Below are positions 57,449-64,000 of a stretch of DNA of 64,000 nucleotides, piece by piece. The position numbers were made by a program, and so were the translations under genes. The DNA comes from Bdellovibrionales bacterium. GTDB lineage: Bacteria; Bdellovibrionota; UBA1018; CAIMNF01. The notes below the pieces were generated by a model, which did no database searches, had not been told where the DNA came from, and saw only the letters and a program-made list of their open reading frames with translations. The stretch lies in contig JAFEAO010000006.1 of the NCBI GenBank assembly GCA_018266375.1, positions 222,930 through 286,929 on the forward strand. Direction: 5' to 3'. Position 1 is the first letter of the stretch, and each line of letters starts with the position of its first letter.

Positions 57449-58213
57449 CTAATGGCTGAGGATTTGACCTAAAAATGCGCGAGTACGCTCTTCTTTTGGA
57501 CTTTTAAAGAAATCCTGAGGGGCACCTTCCTCGATAATACGGCCTTGATCGAAAAAGATGATTCGATCGGCGACTTCTTTGGCAAAACCCATCTCGTGAG
57601 TGACCACGACCATGGTCATGCCTGAAAGCGCGAGCTCCTTCATGACTTGGAGGACCTCATTGACCATCTCCGGATCGAGCGCGGAAGTGGGCTCGTCAAA
57701 GAGCATGACTTTGGGTTGCATCGCAAGTGCGCGCGCGATTGCTACACGTTGCTGCTGGCCGCCCGAAAGCGCACTTGGATATTTATTGGCTTTATCGGTG
57801 ATTCCGACGCGTTTGAGTAAATCCATCGCGAGGCGAGTCGCTTCATCTCTCGTCAGGCCGCGTACTTTCATCGGTGCGAGCGTGATGTTTTGTAGAACAG
57901 TAAGGTGCGGAAAGAGGTTAAAGCTTTGAAAAACCATTCCCACCTCGCGGCGAATGGACTCGAGATTTGCACCATCTTCGAGTTTAATGTTATCGATGGT
58001 TACCGTGCCGGAGTCATAGCGCTCGAGGCGATTCAAAGTGCGGATGAAGGTGGATTTACCCGAGCCCGACGGACCGATGATGACGACCACCTCGCCTTTT
58101 TTTACCGTGAGGTTAATGCCGTTCAGGGCGGCGACGCCGTCGAAGGACTTGTGGATGTTTTCCGCAACTACCATGTCGAACGAACGATCAATCAGATTAC
58201 GAGCTGCCGCCAT
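57449..58213 (-). CDS. Polar amino-acid ABC transporter ATP-binding protein (GlnQ-like)
   Basis: Walker [10 protein letters not shown], signature [15 protein letters not shown], Walker [14 protein letters not shown]-loop. About 250 aa. Confidence 0.9.
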   Translation of the reverse strand: MAAARNLIDRSFDMVVAENIHKSFDGVAALNGINLTVKKGEVVVIIGPSGSGKSTFIRTLNRLERYDSGTVTIDNIKLEDGANLESIRREVGMVFQSFNLFPHLTVLQNITLAPMKVRGLTRDEATRLAMDLLKRVGITDKANKYPSALSGGQQQRVAIARALAMQPKVMLFDEPTSALDPEMVNEVLQVMKELALSGMTMVVVTHEMGFAKEVADRIIFFDQGRIIEEGAPQDFFKSPKEERTRAFLGQILSH

Positions 58214-58313
58214 TTTATTACTTTTTAAAGGTTATTTGAGCCGGGCGCAAGTGTATTTATTACGGTTTTTATTAAACTATTGACGTTTAATAAAACTCTG
58301 ATAAGGTGGCATC

Positions 58314-58952
58314 ATGTTACCGATCAAAACTCTAGTTGTATTGTCATTGGTCTTGGGTGCTTCGGCGTTTGCCCAAACCGAAGTTTCCAAATGTGGTGAT
58401 CTCAATCGTGAGATCGAACTGAGTGATATCGCGTGCTTAGCGAACGAAGTTCTAGAAGCGAGCTTCCCAGAGGTCAAAACAATGCTGGAAGGCTTGAAGG
58501 ACGGCACTCGAGCAATCCAGGTCCGCAAGTTTGCCTCGGACGAAGTTTATGTCCGCATCCGCAATGCCGACGACGGCGTGAGCCTCTTTGCAATCGACGT
58601 CAATCCCAAGCTATACCACTCCTTTTTACCGGTCCGACCGCGTCCGACCTTGCGTGCGGTTCGAGGGATTATTGCCCGCGAAATGGTTGAAGCCCGCGAT
58701 CTTAGCACTCTCACGTTTCTTGAACGCGCAAAATTGCTCAAAAATAAATTCACCGATCGCGTCGGATATGAGCGCAATATCGACGAGCGCGCCTTTGAAA
58801 TGGGTTATGCCACGGACATCGCCATTTACCGCACTTGGCTTTACGACCAGTTAGATGAAGCCAATTTGAAGAAGGTTCAAAAGCGATTTTACACACCGGA
58901 CGAAATCAATGAATGGATTTTACGTGATGAACTTGCTCGTCCAGTTCACTAA
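58314..58952 (+). CDS. Secreted hypothetical protein
   Basis: Signal peptide MLPIKTLVVLSLVLGASAFAQ. No domain recognised. Confidence 0.45.
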   Translation: MLPIKTLVVLSLVLGASAFAQTEVSKCGDLNREIELSDIACLANEVLEASFPEVKTMLEGLKDGTRAIQVRKFASDEVYVRIRNADDGVSLFAIDVNPKLYHSFLPVRPRPTLRAVRGIIAREMVEARDLSTLTFLERAKLLKNKFTDRVGYERNIDERAFEMGYATDIAIYRTWLYDQLDEANLKKVQKRFYTPDEINEWILRDELARPVH

Positions 58953-58964
58953 GCCGCCGGCTTT

Positions 58965-59846
58965 TTAAACGTCCGATCTTTGAATCCAGCCGCGTTTCCA
59001 GCAATAGGTTAGTATTCCGACGGCGACAAGCACCATTAGACTGATCGCAAGCGTATAGCCGTGCGCCCACTTGAGCTCAGGCATGTGTTCGAAGTTCATT
59101 CCGTAGATCCCGGCGATTAAATGCAGGGGCATGAATAAGATGGAATAGACGGTGAGAACGCGCATGATCTCGTTCGTTTTTTGCGACGATATCGAGATTT
59201 GAAGCGAGAGAATCGCGATCAAGTTGTCGTAAATCTCTTCGAGTTGGAACAGGTATTTGCCGAGGTAATCCTGCGCGAGTCCCGTCGGGTATTTTTCTTC
59301 CAAATCCATGACCGGTTCTTGGGTCATCCGCAAAATGCGTTTGAGAAGGGTTACTCGGCGTTTGAGCGTGTACAAATCTTGAGTGGATTGAGAACTGAGA
59401 GGAGTCGACAGATCCAAAATGCTTTCTTCGATATCGTCAAATGCTTCGCCGATTTTAGCGACGGCAAAATCGTAGGTCTTGATGATTTTAGCGATCAGGT
59501 CCTGAACGACTTTGTCTTCGTTCGCCACCGTATCGAATATGGTTTGCACGCACTTCAACGGAACACGATGGATCGTGAGTAAAAAATCGGGGCGGATCAC
59601 CATCGTGATTTTTCGAGTGAGACCGTGAATGGAATCTTCTTCGTCCTTTGTTTCGACATCATAAGCTCGAAGAGTCAAAAAATCCGTTTGATCGACGGTA
59701 TCCAGCTGCGGAAGATGATCGGGATCCAGACAACCGAGCAAAAATCCCGGGTTGACGTCATACTTTGCAATGACTTGTTCCAACTCCGATCTTTCGGGAT
59801 TCGTGAAGTCGATCCATGTGAGGTTTCCGATTTTACGTTCTTGCAT
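58965..59846 (-). CDS. corA: CorA-family magnesium/cobalt transporter
   Basis: C-terminal two TM helices with a GMNFEHMPELKW (GMN) motif. Confidence 0.85.
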   Translation of the reverse strand: MQERKIGNLTWIDFTNPERSELEQVIAKYDVNPGFLLGCLDPDHLPQLDTVDQTDFLTLRAYDVETKDEEDSIHGLTRKITMVIRPDFLLTIHRVPLKCVQTIFDTVANEDKVVQDLIAKIIKTYDFAVAKIGEAFDDIEESILDLSTPLSSQSTQDLYTLKRRVTLLKRILRMTQEPVMDLEEKYPTGLAQDYLGKYLFQLEEIYDNLIAILSLQISISSQKTNEIMRVLTVYSILFMPLHLIAGIYGMNFEHMPELKWAHGYTLAISLMVLVAVGILTYCWKRGWIQRSDV

Positions 59847-59943
59847 GGTAGCTCAAATTTAATCATTTCAGAGAGCCGCGCGCAAACTAAAGCTCGCCTA
59901 AGCGACTCTCTCCGGTCGCCGAATTCGGTTTCGACGGCGATTT

Positions 59944-60441
59944 TTATCTCTTTGAAAATAAGACGGTATCGACGCCGCAGATGCGTTTTTGGATCAGCGT
60001 CCAGCCCGTCCACATGATCGAGATCGGCGAGAGGGCATTGGCCGTCGCTTCTTGGAGGGCGGGTTTGCAGGCTGTACCCCACTCTGATGCTTCGAGATGG
60101 GTGAGTTGAGTCACAGTACCTCTTTGCATACGCACCGAACGGTCAGAACTGCGAAAATCGAGCATGCAGTAATACTCAAGACGGTAAATCGGGGTGTTGC
60201 CTCCGCCGACGTTGCGTTGAGCGGCACCGTAGTAACCGGTCACGTTGAAGGTATCCGGAGTGATCCCGAGTGCGGCTGCGATCGATGGAAGTTTGTTTTT
60301 TGCCGCGGCGTGATCTTGCTCGCAACGCGCTCTCAGGTCGCCGGCGCTGATCGGGATGTCGGTATCGATCGTGTAAAATTGAAGTGATGCTGCCGATGCA
60401 TTGATTGCAAAGAATGTCGCGAAAGCGATAAGAAGTTTCAT
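59944..60441 (-). CDS. Secreted hypothetical protein
   Basis: Signal peptide MKLLIAFATFFAINASAAS. No domain recognised. Confidence 0.45.
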   Translation of the reverse strand: MKLLIAFATFFAINASAASLQFYTIDTDIPISAGDLRARCEQDHAAAKNKLPSIAAALGITPDTFNVTGYYGAAQRNVGGGNTPIYRLEYYCMLDFRSSDRSVRMQRGTVTQLTHLEASEWGTACKPALQEATANALSPISIMWTGWTLIQKRICGVDTVLFSKR

Positions 60442-60522
60442 GGTTACCCCCCTCCGTTGGTGGCGATTTTCCAGATGACTCCATTACAACACCGGGTTTT
60501 GCAAATGTCACACCCTAAAAAA

Positions 60523-60599
60523 TGGCGTACCCGGTAGGAGTCGAACCTACGACCTACAGCTTCGGAAGCTGCCACTCTATCCAGCTGAGCTACGGGTAC
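60523..60599 (-). tRNA. tRNA-Arg (anticodon CCG)
   Basis: Manual fold of the reverse complement. Acceptor GTACCCG/CGGGTAC, D-arm GCTC...GAGT, anticodon stem GCAGC/GCTGT with loop TTCCGAA (anticodon CCG), T-arm GTAGG-TTCGACT-CCTAC, discriminator G and an encoded CCA. 77 nt. Confidence 0.85.
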
Positions 60600-60663
60600 G
60601 TAGGGTCAATATTAGCACATAGACAAACGAAATGCCGATAAGTATGGCGTGTAGGGCCTTCAT

Positions 60664-61155
60664 TTACTTGAATTTACACTCTTTACGCACCCATTCGACC
60701 AGTTTTTTTGCGGTTTCATTGTTATTGGTGATGCGTGTACCGCAGTCGTGAGAGTCGACGAGTACTATGTCTGCAGAACGAACATTTGCGATCACTGAGA
60801 ATCCGCCGATGTCGCAAGGGTTTTGACGTGTCTCAAATGGGCCGACCGACGCGGCTGCGATTTGGGTGTTCACATCACTGAGCTCTTGCGCAGTCAAATC
60901 ACGGTCCACAACATCGTGGGTGCCCCAACCGCGTTGCGAATCGGTGCCTGAGTAAACGTCAGAGCGTAATTTTCCTTCGACGGTCAGAGTGCATGTACTG
61001 GAGAAACGATATTGAGGTGGGGTGAAGCCCGAACCCTGGTTTGCCCGAAGTAGTGGGGTCGGAGTAGGCGTTTGTGCGAAACTAGTGTGGCTCACAACAA
61101 TCATACCAAGGACTATCATTAAATTATTCATAGAGTTTGGGCCTGTCCTGCGCAT
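60664..61155 (-). CDS. Secreted hypothetical protein
   Basis: Signal peptide MRRTGPNSMNNLMIVLGMIVVSHTSFAQT. The start is ambiguous (61131, 61155 or 61191). Confidence 0.45.
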   Translation of the reverse strand: MRRTGPNSMNNLMIVLGMIVVSHTSFAQTPTPTPLLRANQGSGFTPPQYRFSSTCTLTVEGKLRSDVYSGTDSQRGWGTHDVVDRDLTAQELSDVNTQIAAASVGPFETRQNPCDIGGFSVIANVRSADIVLVDSHDCGTRITNNNETAKKLVEWVRKECKFK

Positions 61156-61231
61156 GTGTGGCAGTTTGCATGAGTCTAAAACTTCTGACAAGGATTTTGT
61201 ATTTTAAACAAATTTTATTAAATAACGAGGC

Positions 61232-62857
61232 CTAAGCGCCCGCGATTGTACGACCTGCGACCCGTCCCGTAAGGACGCAACTACCAAGGAAGGTCCCTTC
61301 CAGTGCGCCGAGACCGTGGATCCCGCCGCCGCCAAAGCCCGCTGCTTCTCCGACCGCATAGAGTCCCGGAATGACCGAACCGTCGCCCCGCAGCACGCGT
61401 GATTGTAGATCCGTCTGGATTCCTCCGAGCGATTTGCGGGACAGGATGAACTCGCGTATCGCGATCAGGGGAAACGCTTTGCGATCGAGGATCTTCTGGA
61501 AATCACAAACGCGGATTTTGTCGCCCCGGTACTTCCTGAAAGTGGAGATCCAACGCAGCTGCTCGTCATTGTGAAAGGAGCGCCCGCGCGTGATCTGGTC
61601 ATCGTATTCGCGGATGTCTTTCTCAAATTGTTCGCGGTTGATCTTGTAACCTTCGATCGATCGCTCGTCCATCTTGTCCATCAGTTCGCTCAGAGAGTCA
61701 GCCACGACAAAATCTTCTGGGCATTCGCGGACCAGGCGTTCGACCAGATGATGATTTCCAAACAGCATGTTCTGAACGAGTAGGCGTTTGTTCTTGGTTC
61801 GGAAGGCGGTCATGTAATCACTTCCGGATACGGCAAGCTCCTTGGCCGCAATTTTCCAGTTGAGGATCTGCCACGAGTACTGACCGGGCTGGCGGGTGAT
61901 GGTTTCGACGAGAAATCGACCGTCGGTGTTGGAGACGAGGGGGATTGGTCCGATCCTTTCGCCACAAGCGTTCATCCAGAGTGCCGAACGCGGAGGCACC
62001 AGGCTCAGGCCGTCGTCCGGACGTCGCTTGCGGGGATGATGGACGCCAGCGGCGTAGTGCCACTGTTTGTCGAGATGGGTGACGTTGGCACCCGCCGATC
62101 TCGCTTGGTCATGCAGCTTTCCGTCGGAGTAGGGAAAACCGCCATTCAGGATCTTGCGTGGTGGTGTGCCCCAGTCTTTGTACCAGTTTTCGCGAAGCTT
62201 GGTGAGATCGCCGCCACAGATGCCGCCCGATGCGATCACGACACAGCTGGCGGTGGCGCGGAAATCGATTCCATTGTCGATGATTTTTCCATGAATGCCG
62301 GTTACCCGACCTTGCTCGATTTCAAATCCTGAAACATCATGTCCAAAAAGGATTTCGAGGTTGGCGCGATTCGGGTGCGCCTCGATCGCGAGCAGCAATT
62401 TTTCGATGAGTTCGTTCCCGGTGCCCCAGATCACGTGCCAGCGGGGCACGGTGTTGCCGGGTTTGTGCAGGCCTCGCTCGGCCCAGTTGAGGATCGGAAG
62501 AAACGAGATTTTTTTGGAGTCGAGGAAATCAAAAATGTATTCCTTCGAGTTTTCGCAATAAAATCGGGCCCACGCCATAGGCCAGCGGTCCTGCCCGCCG
62601 AATCCGGCGACGGTCGTCCAATCCCGGTATGCGAGTTCTGGAGTATCCTTGATTTTGAGGCGTTTCTGGTGGGGAGTGCCGATCATATGCACGCCACCAA
62701 ACGATTCCTTGGCCTGGCCACCCAGATCCTGTTGTATTCCCTTTTCGAGAATCAGGATTTTTTTGTCATGATCGAGCAGTTCGTAAGCCGTCGTGAGGCC
62801 GGCGAGTCCACCGCCGGCGATCACCACATCGGATTCATATTTTTTGGAGTTGTTCAT
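61232..62857 (-). CDS. FAD-binding dehydrogenase (COG3573-like flavoprotein oxidoreductase)
   Basis: N-terminal Rossmann dinucleotide fold DVVIAGGGLAGLTTAYEL. C-terminal GLYAVGEAAGFGGGGIHG, typical of the fumarate-reductase/KsdD-like FAD_binding_2 family. Confidence 0.75.
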   Translation of the reverse strand: MNNSKKYESDVVIAGGGLAGLTTAYELLDHDKKILILEKGIQQDLGGQAKESFGGVHMIGTPHQKRLKIKDTPELAYRDWTTVAGFGGQDRWPMAWARFYCENSKEYIFDFLDSKKISFLPILNWAERGLHKPGNTVPRWHVIWGTGNELIEKLLLAIEAHPNRANLEILFGHDVSGFEIEQGRVTGIHGKIIDNGIDFRATASCVVIASGGICGGDLTKLRENWYKDWGTPPRKILNGGFPYSDGKLHDQARSAGANVTHLDKQWHYAAGVHHPRKRRPDDGLSLVPPRSALWMNACGERIGPIPLVSNTDGRFLVETITRQPGQYSWQILNWKIAAKELAVSGSDYMTAFRTKNKRLLVQNMLFGNHHLVERLVRECPEDFVVADSLSELMDKMDERSIEGYKINREQFEKDIREYDDQITRGRSFHNDEQLRWISTFRKYRGDKIRVCDFQKILDRKAFPLIAIREFILSRKSLGGIQTDLQSRVLRGDGSVIPGLYAVGEAAGFGGGGIHGLGALEGTFLGSCVLTGRVAGRTIAGA

Positions 62858-64000
62858 GTGTTTTTCTCACCAGGACCCGTCCCGCGAGCGAGAGCTTGTC
62901 CTTGAAAGAGAACCTCTTGAAATTTGTCATCACCACCCCGCGCGTGAACGCTGTTTTTTGGGCATAGTCAATCGGAACTTCGACCAGCACTGGCGTCCCG
63001 TTTTGGGTCTCTTCGAGGGCCTTGACGAGAAACGCCTCAAGATCCGAGTCCGATGACATGAATCTGAACTCGTATCCGGCCGCATCCGCAATTTTGGACA
63101 GATCGTAAGGAGGTAGCTCGGTGAGGGTGGTTCGGACTACGCTTCCTTTTTGGAACTGGGAGATCTGTGATAGCTCGCCATCTCGGAGCACCATCACCAG
63201 AGGTGCGGCCCCGTACATCCGGCCCGTCAGCAATTCCAGACCTGTCATCAAAAACGCGCCGTCGCCGGGGAACACCACTACCGGCCGCTCCGGATCAGCG
63301 ACCTTCGCTCCCACCGCGGCCGGGATGCTGTAGCCCATGCACGAGTAGTCGACCGGCGCGAGAAAACATCCTGGCTTGTCGATCCGCAGGTTTTCCATAC
63401 CGAGAAAAAGCCCGTTACCGCTGTCGAATGCGTAAACCGTATCCTTTGGAAAAACGGCCTGAACGGCTTTCATGAGCCTGCGCGGCGAAATTTTTCCGTG
63501 CGTCTCGGGTTCCCGGTCCCGCTGCTTTTCGTATTTCATGCGTGCCTGCCGCACGATCTGGATGGAATCGCCCGCTTGGCGCGCGGGAATTTCTTTCATC
63601 AGGAACTCCACGAAGTCCCAGGCGTCCATCGGGATCGAGAGGGCCTCGTCGAGATTGGCCTTGAGCACTGATGGATCCACATCCACGTGGATGATCGGCT
63701 TTTTGGTGTTGAATCCGTAGCTCGCCGTTGCCACCTCGCCAAAGCGCGCACCCATGGCAATCCAGAGGTCGACCTGTGCTTCGATTTCCTGGTGCGCTTC
63801 CGGCGCGCCCGCACCGAGCACGTTCCAGATGAACCGCTCTTCGTTTTCCGGGTAGAGACCTTTTGCAGTGATCGTGCTCCACACCCAGGCGTCGAGATGG
63901 TGGGCAAGTTGGACGAGTTTTTCTCCGGCAGCGCTTTTGTTCCAACCGATGTTGCCGACGTAGATGCCGATTCGCTTTGCGCCCGCGATCAACCCGCGTG
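62835..64000 (-). CDS. Thiamine-pyrophosphate-dependent enzyme (acetolactate-synthase-like family), 5' end beyond the window
   Basis: The C-terminal TPP-binding motif GDGAFLMTGLELLT, the central domain and part of the N-terminal Pyr domain are all present. The ORF runs off the 3' edge of the window. 23-nt overlap with the downstream FAD dehydrogenase gene. Confidence 0.8.
   Translation of the reverse strand, partial: RGLIAGAKRIGIYVGNIGWNKSAAGEKLVQLAHHLDAWVWSTITAKGLYPENEERFIWNVLGAGAPEAHQEIEAQVDLWIAMGARFGEVATASYGFNTKKPIIHVDVDPSVLKANLDEALSIPMDAWDFVEFLMKEIPARQAGDSIQIVRQARMKYEKQRDREPETHGKISPRRLMKAVQAVFPKDTVYAFDSGNGLFLGMENLRIDKPGCFLAPVDYSCMGYSIPAAVGAKVADPERPVVVFPGDGAFLMTGLELLTGRMYGAAPLVMVLRDGELSQISQFQKGSVVRTTLTELPPYDLSKIADAAGYEFRFMSSDSDLEAFLVKALEETQNGTPVLVEVPIDYAQKTAFTRGVVMTNFKRFSFKDKLSLAGRVLVRKTHEQLQKI

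Noticed and set aside
60442-60663. Mobile element or integrase next to tRNA-Arg
   Set aside because: The tRNA is flanked by ordinary secreted-protein genes. No integrase, direct-repeat attachment site or transposase ORF was found.
63121-63945. Pro/Arg/Ser-rich ORFs (63167-63475 on the plus strand, 63415-63945 on the minus strand) overlapping the TPP-enzyme gene
   Set aside because: Compositionally biased shadow frames of a GC-rich conserved gene.
1-64000. CRISPR arrays, restriction-modification or other defence islands
   Set aside because: No spaced direct repeats or recognisable defence-enzyme motifs were seen anywhere in the window.

Overview
This 64 kb window reads as a chromosomal segment from a Bdellovibrio-like predatory bacterium. 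I infer that from gene content, about 50% GC, many signal-peptide proteins, a TIGR02147/DUF4423-type regulator and a Tad locus. Gene order runs as follows.

(1) A propionyl-CoA to succinyl-CoA module: partial pccB, a biotin carboxylase, a BCCP, and a methylmalonyl-CoA mutase catalytic subunit that lacks a B12 domain. An AT-rich inserted small secreted ORF sits inside this module.

(2) A secreted papain-like peptidase, then NagZ, two Opp-like permeases and a secreted protein on the minus strand.

(3) A large Tad/Flp-pilus-type locus spanning about 10.2 to 27.9 kb. It contains a TadC-like gene, DUF192, three FHA-domain membrane proteins (one with two FHA domains), a PP2C phosphatase, four prepilin-like genes, CpaB, a CpaC secretin, a fused TadZ/CpaE-TadA/CpaF ATPase, an antisense lipoprotein C1 peptidase, and TadB. 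It ends with a YD-repeat secreted protein and a small repeat-containing secreted ORF. This layout recalls the Bdellovibrio hit locus and the Myxococcus Kil-like predation apparatus.

(4) lipA, an E2 component, lpdA and lipB.

(5) A secreted two-gene operon of unknown function, an S1 protease, a CheY-like regulator and a tandem CNNM pair.

(6) Lon, RluD, a Gp49/HigB-like toxin domain, a J-domain/RodZ-HTH protein with a ParA-like ATPase, and a histidine kinase with a degenerate NtrC-like regulator.

(7) DprA, a DUF1501/CxxCH pair, an orphan ABC ATPase, CorA, tRNA-Arg(CCG), a FAD dehydrogenase and a partial TPP enzyme.

All coordinates and starts come from reading the sequence and ORF track. I could not run homology or structure searches.
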